Assembly (NCBI GenBank): GCA_025463215.1 | Contig: JAOBWF010000234.1 | Location: 1,822 to 65,821, forward strand | Source of the DNA: Acidobacteriota bacterium | Lineage (GTDB): Bacteria; Acidobacteriota; Vicinamibacteria; Vicinamibacterales; CAVVIG01 | Length of the DNA: 64,000 nt | Direction of reading: 5' to 3' | Shown: in pieces, positions 9,973 to 17,879 of the stretch | How positions within the stretch are numbered: the first letter of the stretch is position 1 | Layout of the letters: the number at the start of each line of letters is the position of its first letter | Made by a program: the position numbers and the translations under genes | The notes under the pieces: model-generated | Seen by the model: the letters and a program-made list of their open reading frames with translations, nothing else | Database searches by the model: none | Told to the model about the DNA's origin: nothing

Positions 9973-12900
9973 TTGATGCGACGCGTTGCCGCGGCGCTGA
10001 GCCTCACGCTGTCTGCGGCCATCATCGCGCAGCCGGCGGCGGAGTCGGGGTTGAAGCCGATGTCCTTCTCCAATCGGCTGCTGCTGAACCGTGCCGCGGT
10101 CAGCGGCGTGACCACGTTGGAGGTGATGCTGGCGCTCGCGGCAGGTGGCGTCGCGGAGACGTCCCGCCGGATTGAACGGAACGGCGGACGGATCCTCCAC
10201 AGCGATGCGGCCGTCGGCTACCTGCGCGTCGCCGTCGCCACCGACAAGCTGATCGAAGCGGTCGGTGATCCTGGCGTCGAGGCATACCAGATCGCGTCGC
10301 TGTCTCGCGGCAGCTGGTACCGCGACGGGCCGCCGCAAAGCAATGCCGACATGTACCGCGGATTCGAGCGCGTGATCGCGGATGTCCGCCCGCGGCTCGA
10401 TCAGAACCCGCAGCGCCCCTCGCTTTCGCCGGAGGACGCGAGCGGACGCGGCTACACCGGAGAGGAGGACGCCGGCGTACGGGAATGGATCGAGAAGCAT
10501 CCAACCTACGACGGCCGCGGTGTCACGATCGCGATGCTCGAGACCGGGCAGCCGGAGTTTCTGTCGTCGATTCTCGGTCAGGCAACGTCGCTCGACGGCC
10601 GCAGCGTGCCCAAGCTCGCCGGCATCATCAACGCCGTCGGTGCCGACGAACCAGACGACACGCGCGTGGTGCTGGACGTCGAGGTCTCGGCACAAACCGC
10701 GTGGAACCGTATCGGCGATCGCACCTACGCCTTTCCCCGGTCGGGCCGCTTCCGGTTCGGGATGTTTACTCTGCCGGTCGCCGTCAATCTCATCGCGCAG
10801 TTCGGGGTGCTTCAGGACGAAGCGACACACGAGGTGTGGGTCGACGCGAACGGGAACGCGGACTTCCGTGACGAAGCCGCGGTTGCCGATGTCAACCAGC
10901 GATTCGATCCCCGCACGCTGAAGGTGCCGTACCGTGGACAGACCGACCTCGGGTTCGTGATCGGCGCGGGACGCGCGCCTCATACCCTCCATGTCTATGC
11001 GAGCCGCGGCGGCCATCAGACGATGACGCTGAGCGTCGCTGCCGGAAGCCGGACCAAAGACAGTATCGCGTTCGGCGTCGCGCCAGGCGCTCGCGTTCTG
11101 CTGGTGAGAAATCAGACGCCCGACGGCCGTCTTCGCGACTTCATCGAGGGCTACCTCGAAGCCGCCAAGCGGCCGGACGTCGATCTGCTGTCCGATTCCT
11201 TCGGCGCCGTCATGGTACCCGACACCGCCGCCGACTTCGCCGGGTTGCTGTTTCACCGGATAGTCGTCGCGTACGGCAAACCCATTTTCCATAGTGCCGG
11301 CAACATGTCGCTGTTCCTCGGCAGCGTCTCTGCGCTCGGCGATGCGTTCTCGGTTGGAGGATCGATCGGTCCGGAGACGTTCGCCGCGCTCTTCGGCGGC
11401 GCCTCATTGCCGCGTCTCATGATTCATCCGATCGGGGCCGCCGGTCCGGCGATCGATGGTGCGTTGAAGCCCGACTTCGTCGCGCCGATGCACCGCGTCG
11501 CCGCCGACCTGGCCTCGGCAGTGGCGAAGACGCCGCTGCCCAAGAACGCCGCGACTGGGTATCTCCCCGCCGGGTATCAGATTAGCTGCTGTACCTCGTC
11601 GAGCGGCCCCTATGCCGCGGGTATCGGCGCCCTGCTCCTCAGCGCCGCCAAGCAGGAACAGCAGCCTTATGCGTACGCGGCCTTCGCCCGCGCGTTGCGC
11701 GTCGCCGCCCGCTTCCTGCCCGAATCACCGGCGCACGAACAGGGCAGTGGTGTGCTCGATGTGAATGCCGCGTGGGACGAGCTGAAGCGCAACGTGGACA
11801 TTCCGCGGATCGTGAGCACCGCGAACGTCGTGCATCCGCTTGCGGGGTACGCGGCACGCGGCGGCGAGGGCCACGGTATCTTCGAGTCGGAGGGCTGGAC
11901 CGCCGGCATGGCCGGCACGCGCGTCATTCGCTTCAGGCGCGAATCAGGCTCGGTGCACCCGGTGCGTTACCGCGTGTCGTGGACCGGGAATCGCGGTGTG
12001 TTTGCGACCGGCGCCTCGATCAGATTGCCGCTCGGGGAGACCGTGTCGTTGCCGGTGGTGATCAACGTGCCGTCGGCCGGCGCGCACAGCGCGATCCTGA
12101 ACCTGCACGACCCAGCCACCGACGCCGTGATCTTTCGCACCCAGGCGACCGTCGTTGCCGCCGAACAGTTCGACCACGGCGACCGCACCGTTCGCCTCGC
12201 GGGAACATTGCCGCTTCTCGGCACGCGCGCGCACTACCTGTCGGTGCCCAGCGATATCGCCGCGATCGCCGTCGAGTTGAAGGTGCTCCGCGGTTCGGTG
12301 CGAGCAACCGTGCTCCCGAGCCATGGGCTGTTTCCGAATTATTACTATCAGGTCTTTCCGCAGAGCGGACGGACCTTCAGGCCCGGGACCTACCACGTGA
12401 CGCTGCCCAATCCTGTCTCGGGCACCTGGGGGATCATGGTGGACAACACGTCGGCGTTGCGCGAACCGGACCAAAGCCTCGTCTCGACAGAGGAGGCGGA
12501 GTACACGCTCACGGTCCGCCTGCTGGACGCGTCGCTCGGGACGCGGTTGTCGAGTGCCGGTGTCCTCGGCGTCGAGCTCGAGAATCGCGGGGCGCCGCTC
12601 GCACAGGCGGCGCTTCAGATCTCGCGCGGCGTCCTGATGTCCCATCACGGAACCACGCTCGCGACCGGACTGCCGAATCAATTCGCCATCGACGTACCGG
12701 CGGGCGCCGCGTCGCTCACGCTCCGACTGCGCGGCACGTCCGCGGCGGCGCAGCTATTCGAGCTTTATCTCTACGATTGCACAACCGGGGAATGCTTCTC
12801 GTACAACTTCACCCTCCCCGCGGCCGCGGCACCCACGTTGGTGGTTCGGCGGCCTGCGGCAGGTCGCTGGATCGCGGCTGTCAACGCGGCGCCGACACCG

Positions 12901-13185
12901 CTGGCGGCACTCCCCTTCGAGCTGGATGAAGTGATCGCGACCACGCCGCTGCCACCGACAGGCTTGCCCCATTCGCAGCTGCCCGCGGCGCATTGGGCCG
13001 ACACGATGCCGCTGCCGCCGTCGACCGCGGCGCCCCCCGGCGGCACGCCGGTGCTGCTGCTGGAGCTCTTCGACCGCGCGGTGGACCGTGATGACACGGA
13101 CTACCCGTGGGAGACCCGTCCAGTCCTGCCGACACTGCGGGATCGTCCGGTCGCGATCGGCATGTCGATTCACCGGCTCCGGTGA
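9973..13185 (+). CDS. Secreted subtilase (S8, tripeptidyl-peptidase-II-like layout) with large C-terminal extension
   Basis: YDGRGVTIAMLETGQ (Asp-box region), GGHQTMTLSVAAGS...GVAPGARVLLV (His region), FHSAGN (Asn) and ISCCTSSSGPYAAGIGALLLSA (Ser region). Begins 8 nt after the receptor gene. Confidence 0.7.
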   Translation: MMRRVAAALSLTLSAAIIAQPAAESGLKPMSFSNRLLLNRAAVSGVTTLEVMLALAAGGVAETSRRIERNGGRILHSDAAVGYLRVAVATDKLIEAVGDPGVEAYQIASLSRGSWYRDGPPQSNADMYRGFERVIADVRPRLDQNPQRPSLSPEDASGRGYTGEEDAGVREWIEKHPTYDGRGVTIAMLETGQPEFLSSILGQATSLDGRSVPKLAGIINAVGADEPDDTRVVLDVEVSAQTAWNRIGDRTYAFPRSGRFRFGMFTLPVAVNLIAQFGVLQDEATHEVWVDANGNADFRDEAAVADVNQRFDPRTLKVPYRGQTDLGFVIGAGRAPHTLHVYASRGGHQTMTLSVAAGSRTKDSIAFGVAPGARVLLVRNQTPDGRLRDFIEGYLEAAKRPDVDLLSDSFGAVMVPDTAADFAGLLFHRIVVAYGKPIFHSAGNMSLFLGSVSALGDAFSVGGSIGPETFAALFGGASLPRLMIHPIGAAGPAIDGALKPDFVAPMHRVAADLASAVAKTPLPKNAATGYLPAGYQISCCTSSSGPYAAGIGALLLSAAKQEQQPYAYAAFARALRVAARFLPESPAHEQGSGVLDVNAAWDELKRNVDIPRIVSTANVVHPLAGYAARGGEGHGIFESEGWTAGMAGTRVIRFRRESGSVHPVRYRVSWTGNRGVFATGASIRLPLGETVSLPVVINVPSAGAHSAILNLHDPATDAVIFRTQATVVAAEQFDHGDRTVRLAGTLPLLGTRAHYLSVPSDIAAIAVELKVLRGSVRATVLPSHGLFPNYYYQVFPQSGRTFRPGTYHVTLPNPVSGTWGIMVDNTSALREPDQSLVSTEEAEYTLTVRLLDASLGTRLSSAGVLGVELENRGAPLAQAALQISRGVLMSHHGTTLATGLPNQFAIDVPAGAASLTLRLRGTSAAAQLFELYLYDCTTGECFSYNFTLPAAAAPTLVVRRPAAGRWIAAVNAAPTPLAALPFELDEVIATTPLPPTGLPHSQLPAAHWADTMPLPPSTAAPPGGTPVLLLELFDRAVDRDDTDYPWETRPVLPTLRDRPVAIGMSIHRLR

Positions 13186-14477
13186 GCGGAATCGAGTGCG
13201 TGCGCCAGCCGCTGCGCGCTGCGCATCCCGGCGAGCTCGCGCGCGCCGTGCACCTCGCCGCGCTCGATTTTCTGCAGCAGCCGCTGCCACCCGAGATGAC
13301 AGTCGATCAGGATCGACGCGGTTTCGATGTCGGACCAGCACGTGTCCAGCGCGAGCTGCGGAGTCCACGATGCCTCGTATGCATGACGAAGAGCGTCAAC
13401 CCACGACGGCCAGTCGGCACCCGCCCGGAGCCGGCGCGCTCGTCGCAGGAACGTTGCCAGGGGCAGCGGCGCGGCGCCGATGTGCGAGTCGTCCAGATCG
13501 ATGAACCGCACCGATTCGTCGTCGATCAGCACATTGCCGGCGTCGAGGTCGAGCGGCGCCCAGCTGCAGGGGAAATCAGCGGCGGCGACGCTGCGCTGTG
13601 CTCGGGCGATCGCCGCGTCACAACGATCGACGGTTGCTGACGACATGTGGGCACGAAGGAGTGCCCGCGCCCACTTCGAAACCATCGCCAGATCGACCGC
13701 GGGGATCGGAAACGCCGCGGCGTGATCGCTGACACGCTGCTGAATGCATCCGAGTGCCGCGACGACGAGCCGCATCCGTTCGACCGTGAGGTCCGCCGCG
13801 ACCGTCGTGCCGGAACAGTGCGCGGTCAACCACCATGCCGATCCGTCGGCACGACTTTCGAGCGCCAGCGTAGGAGCGAATGACTCAGGCAACTCGGATG
13901 ACAGGATCGACGTGACCGCCGCCTCGCGGAGGCGGTCGCCCGTCAGCCCTTTGAGATACGACTGCCCATGCGCCGTGGCAACGCGCAGCACGACTTCGTG
14001 CGGCGTGATCTTGTAGAACACCGGTGAGCCGGACAGCGGGCCGGCGACCATCTGCAGCCAGTCGCAAGCTTCGTCGAACCACGTCATCGACCCGAACGGA
14101 CCGGCGATCGATGGCACCTCTCCTGGAATCGCCTGCTCCAGCGCCCACCGCTGATAGTCGGCGATCGATGGCGAGGACTTCAGGTGTTCGAGTGGCACCC
14201 ACTGCAGGTCACGAGGCATCCCGCCCCGGCGCGCCGCGCGCGCGTCGACGATCACCAGCCAGTCGATCGCATCGTTCGTCGGCGTAAGGCGCCCGAGCCA
14301 CTGCCCCACGACGGGGCCGTCGACGCCGCGCTCAGCGGCCCAGCCGGCGACGACCGGACCCGCCCGCATGCGCTCGGTGCAGCACACGATCGGTAGGAGC
14401 CACCGTGATCCGCGGACCGTCGCCAGCCCCTCGCGGCGGTCACGATCGACGATCAGGACGTGAAGGATCTGTTCCAT
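13170..14477 (-). CDS. Aminoglycoside-phosphotransferase-fold (APH/choline-kinase-like) kinase, last gene of the lasso operon
   Basis: Brenner-like and DFG-like motifs WAPLDLDAGNVLIDDESVRFIDLDDSHIG, plus an extra domain of about 120 aa at the N-terminus. Same strand as the precursor genes and immediately downstream of them. Confidence 0.65.
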   Translation of the reverse strand: MEQILHVLIVDRDRREGLATVRGSRWLLPIVCCTERMRAGPVVAGWAAERGVDGPVVGQWLGRLTPTNDAIDWLVIVDARAARRGGMPRDLQWVPLEHLKSSPSIADYQRWALEQAIPGEVPSIAGPFGSMTWFDEACDWLQMVAGPLSGSPVFYKITPHEVVLRVATAHGQSYLKGLTGDRLREAAVTSILSSELPESFAPTLALESRADGSAWWLTAHCSGTTVAADLTVERMRLVVAALGCIQQRVSDHAAAFPIPAVDLAMVSKWARALLRAHMSSATVDRCDAAIARAQRSVAAADFPCSWAPLDLDAGNVLIDDESVRFIDLDDSHIGAAPLPLATFLRRARRLRAGADWPSWVDALRHAYEASWTPQLALDTCWSDIETASILIDCHLGWQRLLQKIERGEVHGARELAGMRSAQRLAHALDSAHRSR

Positions 14478-14483
14478 GGCAAG

Positions 14484-14516
14484 TCTCGCCTTCGGCTGCG
14501 CACACCGAAGGCGAGA
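14484..14516 (-). terminator. Stem-loop between precursor gene and kinase gene (12-bp stem, 9-nt loop)
   Basis: TCTCGCCTTCGG-N9-CCGAAGGCGAGA, located between the precursor stop (14528) and the kinase start (14477). Possible partial terminator or attenuator that sets the precursor:enzyme ratio. Confidence 0.45.
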
Positions 14517-14527
14517 GTCGAGCGTGA

Positions 14528-14668
14528 TCAGTCGTCGAGGCCGAGGGTCAAGCCGACGGGCGACTGCGACTGCTCGGAAACGCAGTTGTCACCCTGCCCG
14601 GGGAGTCCGCCCAGCACAAGCACGTGGGCTGGACCGAGGACGACGAGTTCAGGCGTTGAGTAGGTCAT
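14528..14668 (-). CDS. Lasso peptide precursor (copy 1, downstream copy), 46 aa
   Basis: Manual translation: MTYSTPELVVLGPAHVLVLGGLPGQGDNCVSEQSQSPVGLTLGLDD, stop TGA. RBS GGGAGGTG lies 6 nt upstream. Below the ORF-track size cutoff. Confidence 0.8.
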   Translation of the reverse strand: MTYSTPELVVLGPAHVLVLGGLPGQGDNCVSEQSQSPVGLTLGLDD

Positions 14669-14702
14669 GGCATTCACCTCCCTTCACGGTGGATTGCGGC
14701 GT

Positions 14703-14718
14703 CGGCGGACGTCCGCCG
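14703..14718 (-). other. 16-bp perfect palindrome CGGCGGACGTCCGCCG between the two precursor genes
   Basis: Lies 12 nt after the stop of precursor copy 2. Possible small stem-loop. Confidence 0.3.
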
Positions 14719-14729
14719 ATCGGGTCGTG

Positions 14730-14870
14730 TCAGTCGTCGAGGCCGAGGGTCATTCCGACAATCGGATTCGAGAACTGCGAGACGAGATTGTCCCCCGCTC
14801 CCGGCGTGCCGCCGAGCACGAGCACGTGTGCCGGGCCGAGGACAACGAGTTCAGGCGTTGAGTACGTCAT
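14730..14870 (-). CDS. Lasso peptide precursor (copy 2, upstream copy), 46 aa
   Basis: Manual translation: MTYSTPELVVLGPAHVLVLGGTPGAGDNLVSQFSNPIVGMTLGLDD, stop TGA. RBS AAAGGAGGTG. The start overlaps the last 20 nt of the cyclase gene. Confidence 0.8.
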   Translation of the reverse strand: MTYSTPELVVLGPAHVLVLGGTPGAGDNLVSQFSNPIVGMTLGLDD

Positions 14871-16752
14871 GGTGTTCACCTCCTTTCTGTTTTGGCGTTA
14901 CGGCGGGGCCCCGCCGATCTCGTGATGTCAACCACTGCTCGAGGCGCAAGGCGCGGCGAACCTCCGCACCCGCGGCGGCGCCGCCGTCGATCACGTCGCG
15001 AATCGCCGCGTCGAGCCGCTCGGGATCCAGCCAGCCGCGCCGCACGACCTCGAGACGATCGACCGGACGGGCGGCTTGCGCGCGCGGACGAAGCGTCCGC
15101 ATCGCGGTCGGCGGATAGTAGCCCTTCGAGGTGCGCTGCACGACGCGCGGCGGAAGCAGCTCCGCGAAGGATCGGCGCATCAGCGATCGCATCCGCCCCG
15201 GTGCGCTGAGCTCCTCACCGGGAATCGCGAGGACGAATTCGACCAGCGGACGATGAATGAACGGGTAGGCGTAAGTGATGTCGAGCGGCGGCGCTGGAAT
15301 GCTCAGTCGCGCCTCGCCGGAGTAGCCGAGCAGTTGCCGTGCGAGCGCACGTTTCGACGGCGGAAACGCGGATGCCACCGCGGCTGTCGTGTCATCCGGC
15401 AACGCCTCTGCCAGCGACCGCAGGCGGCTGGACAGAAGATAGGCGCCGCGCTGCTGTGTCTCGCTCAGGGCGGCGGGACGGACGGCCGGAAATGCCGCGG
15501 ACAGGCGCTCGCGGGCGAGCTGCCATCCGATCTCGATGAACGGCTTGCGCGTCGCCCGGCTCCATTGACGCATACCGGCCGCTGCCTTCAGCCATCGTCT
15601 ATCGGCCACATCGTCGAATACGGCGACGCTGTTGTCGAACAGGCAGCCCATCACGGCGTCGCCGACACGGCCCGACAGCACGAGTCGACCTCCGTGTTCG
15701 CGGACGTACTGAACCAGCGCGAGACCGACACCGTGCGCCGCGAGCGGCGTCGCCCAATCGGCGGCCGCATCGTCGACCTCGCGATGATCGTCGAGGATCA
15801 GGAGGCGGCTTTTCGTGCCGATGCGATCCTCGACTGCGGCGATGAATCGCCGTTCGTCGCCCTCCGGCGAGCCGGCCGGGACGTGCGAGATCGGCTGTAT
15901 CGCCGCGGCATCGACGCGCTTGTCGTTGATCAGCACGTCCGCCATGCACACGACCGACGAAGAGTCGAGTCCGCCGCTCAACTCGGCCCACGCCGTGCCC
16001 TCGGCGCGGAGCCGCGTACCGACCGCCTCGGTCCACAGCGCCCGCAGCCGTTCTTCATAGAGGCGCGGATCGCGATATCGCACGACGGCCGGCTCGAGAT
16101 TCCAGACGCGGCGTGTCTCGATGCGATCGACCGACACGGACACACAGTGCGCCGTCGGCACGGCGTGGACGCCCTCGTACGGCATCACGTCGGTCGAGTG
16201 GCGAAGCGCCATGAATCGTGCGATGAAGCGTTCGTCGATCGCATCAACGCAGCCGACCCGAGACGCCAGCTCGCCGAGACTGCTCGACCAGGCGACGAAT
16301 CGGCCGCGGCAGCCGTAGTAGTAGAGCGGCCGCACGCCCATGTAGTCGCGAGCGAAGTACAGGGTCCTCCGGCGGCCGTCCCAGATCACGAGGCTCCAGT
16401 CGCCAATCAGCCGACCCAGGCCTTCGATGCCCCACCGCTCGAAAACCGCCAGGGCGATCGCGGCATCGCTGGCGTCACGCGACGAGGTGTGCCCGAGCGT
16501 CAGGCAGAGATCGTCGCGGTTGTCCAGTCGACCATCCCAGGTCATCACGAGCCCCGAAGACGACTGTCGCGGCTGCCGCGACGTTCGCTCCCCCGCCCAC
16601 ACATGACAGGCGCCATGCGCCAGGACCGCGCCGGCGTGCGCGAACGCCGACACGCCGTCCGGCGCGATCGGCGCCAACCCGGCGGCCACTTCGCGGCACG
16701 CTTCGTCGGTTGGACGGCGGTCGAAGTACACGACTCCGGCTTGTGCTGCCAT
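14851..16752 (-). CDS. Lasso peptide cyclase (asparagine-synthetase-like, C protein)
   Basis: 633 aa. AsnB-like N-terminal domain without the catalytic Cys1, and PP-loop ELSGGLDSSSV. Sits directly after the B2 gene. Confidence 0.85.
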   Translation of the reverse strand: MAAQAGVVYFDRRPTDEACREVAAGLAPIAPDGVSAFAHAGAVLAHGACHVWAGERTSRQPRQSSSGLVMTWDGRLDNRDDLCLTLGHTSSRDASDAAIALAVFERWGIEGLGRLIGDWSLVIWDGRRRTLYFARDYMGVRPLYYYGCRGRFVAWSSSLGELASRVGCVDAIDERFIARFMALRHSTDVMPYEGVHAVPTAHCVSVSVDRIETRRVWNLEPAVVRYRDPRLYEERLRALWTEAVGTRLRAEGTAWAELSGGLDSSSVVCMADVLINDKRVDAAAIQPISHVPAGSPEGDERRFIAAVEDRIGTKSRLLILDDHREVDDAAADWATPLAAHGVGLALVQYVREHGGRLVLSGRVGDAVMGCLFDNSVAVFDDVADRRWLKAAAGMRQWSRATRKPFIEIGWQLARERLSAAFPAVRPAALSETQQRGAYLLSSRLRSLAEALPDDTTAAVASAFPPSKRALARQLLGYSGEARLSIPAPPLDITYAYPFIHRPLVEFVLAIPGEELSAPGRMRSLMRRSFAELLPPRVVQRTSKGYYPPTAMRTLRPRAQAARPVDRLEVVRRGWLDPERLDAAIRDVIDGGAAAGAEVRRALRLEQWLTSRDRRGPAVTPKQKGGEHHDVLNA

Positions 16753-16771
16753 CTCGCGCTGCCCTCCTGGA

Positions 16772-17176
16772 TCACAGACGGTCGAGGACGGTAAAGCATG
16801 TCTGGTACTGCGGCCGGTCGTTGACGATGCGGCCGTCGACTTCGACCCAGGCGTGCGATTCGAACGGAATCCCGCGGTATCCGATCACCAGTTCGGCGCG
16901 AACGCCGTATCGCCTGAGCAGGCATGTCGTTACCGCGGAGCGCTGCAGGCACGGCGCACGCTTCACATACCAGACGCACGCCTCGTCCACCGCCCAGACG
17001 ATCTGCTCCGGATCGGTTTCGCGGCCCGGCGCCTCGACACGGCAGCTGCGCACCCGCTCGTGCGCGCGCCCGAAGCCGGCGAGCAGGGCGACGTCGAATG
17101 CCGCCAAACCGAACCAGGCGCGGGCGGTGAGCCACGGCCGGCGACGCGTGGCGAAGGCGGCGCGCAGCGTCAGCAT
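16772..17176 (-). CDS. Lasso peptide leader peptidase B2 (transglutaminase-like cysteine protease)
   Basis: MLTLRAAFATRRRPWLTARAWFGL...EACVWYVKRAPCLQRSAVTTCLLRRYGVRAELVIGYRGIPFESHAWVEVDGRIVND (Cys...His...Asp pattern). I place the start at ATG 17174-17176, overlapping the B1 stop (ATGCTGA). The track ORF is extended upstream. Confidence 0.8.
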   Translation of the reverse strand: MLTLRAAFATRRRPWLTARAWFGLAAFDVALLAGFGRAHERVRSCRVEAPGRETDPEQIVWAVDEACVWYVKRAPCLQRSAVTTCLLRRYGVRAELVIGYRGIPFESHAWVEVDGRIVNDRPQYQTCFTVLDRL

Positions 17177-17472
17177 GCCGACTCCGCGGTGACGAGGCCA
17201 CGCGCCTCGAGGGCCGTGACGAACGCCCCGACGTCGCGCTGCGTGCGTTCGATCGACACGCCGTAGTCGCACGCCAGCCGGCGCGCAATCTCGAGGCAAT
17301 CGAGGCGCGACTCGAGCAGCTGCCAGATCCGCGCACCGATCGGGTTCGACGCGAGCACGATGCCGCCGTGCACGTCGAGCAGGACGAGACCATCGCCGGA
17401 GATCGACGCGCGCACCGCCGGCGAGATCTGAAAATGCGTTCGTGCTGTCCTGCGGTCGTCGATCATCGGCAC
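17170..17472 (-). CDS. Lasso peptide B1 protein (PqqD-like RiPP recognition element)
   Basis: 100 aa: FQISPAVRASISGDGLVLLDVHGGIVLASNPIGARIWQLLESRLDCLEIARRLACDYGVSIERTQRDVGAFVTALEARGLV. RBS GGGAGGG upstream. Confidence 0.8.
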   Translation of the reverse strand: MPMIDDRRTARTHFQISPAVRASISGDGLVLLDVHGGIVLASNPIGARIWQLLESRLDCLEIARRLACDYGVSIERTQRDVGAFVTALEARGLVTAESAC

Positions 17473-17500
17473 CCTCCCGGGAATCGCTGCACCGTCATGC

Positions 17501-17514
17501 GCAACGTGCGTACC
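17501..17514 (-). promoter_or_regulatory. Candidate sigma-54 (-24/-12) promoter for the lasso operon
   Basis: The minus strand reads GGTACG-CACG-TTGC, against the consensus TGGCACG-N4-TTGC (GG and GC separated by 10 nt). The -12 GC is 28 nt upstream of the B1 ATG, leaving a short leader that contains the RBS. Confidence 0.45.
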
Positions 17515-17879
17515 GCGCGCGGCAGCGGCAAATCACGTGTGAAACCGCGCGTTCACGTGCTGCGCGGCGAGCCGCGCCGTGCGCGCGCATGCGCGCCCAG
17601 CAACTCACGTTGTCACTCGGACTTTCTCCTTGTCTTCGCCCCAAGACGACGTTACGATTTTCTTGTTCGCTCGCTGAACCGGTTCGCCGGCAGCGCCCCA
17701 CCTGTCACCACGCCTGGCGCCGCCCATTCGCACCGCGCACGCTCGACGGCGAAGACCCGACGCGCGGCAACGCCAACGGTCGGCCTCACCGTCACGCACT
17801 CCGTCAGCGGCCGACCACACTGCAGTGACGCACTGCGGCCGCCGCCGTGTCGTTGCGCTGTTCTCCGAAGGAGGGTCCC

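Noticed and set aside
13170-13185. 3'-end overlaps of convergent genes (13170-13185 and 19532-19581) as antisense regulatory devices.
   Set aside because: Short convergent overlaps are common in compact GC-rich genomes, and the sequence offers no specific support for a regulatory role.
14730-14870. Alternative leader cleavage after the GGT-P of precursor 2, which would give the canonical Thr at position -2.
   Set aside because: It would leave a core GAGDN... with the only nearby acidic residue at position 4, too short for a lasso ring. Precursor 1 also has Leu, not Thr, at that position.
17583-17596. GCGCGCATGCGCGC palindrome and TCACGT(G) repeats as definite bEBP binding sites.
   Set aside because: Short GC-rich palindromes arise easily in this composition. 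They are mentioned only as candidates within the sigma-54 finding.
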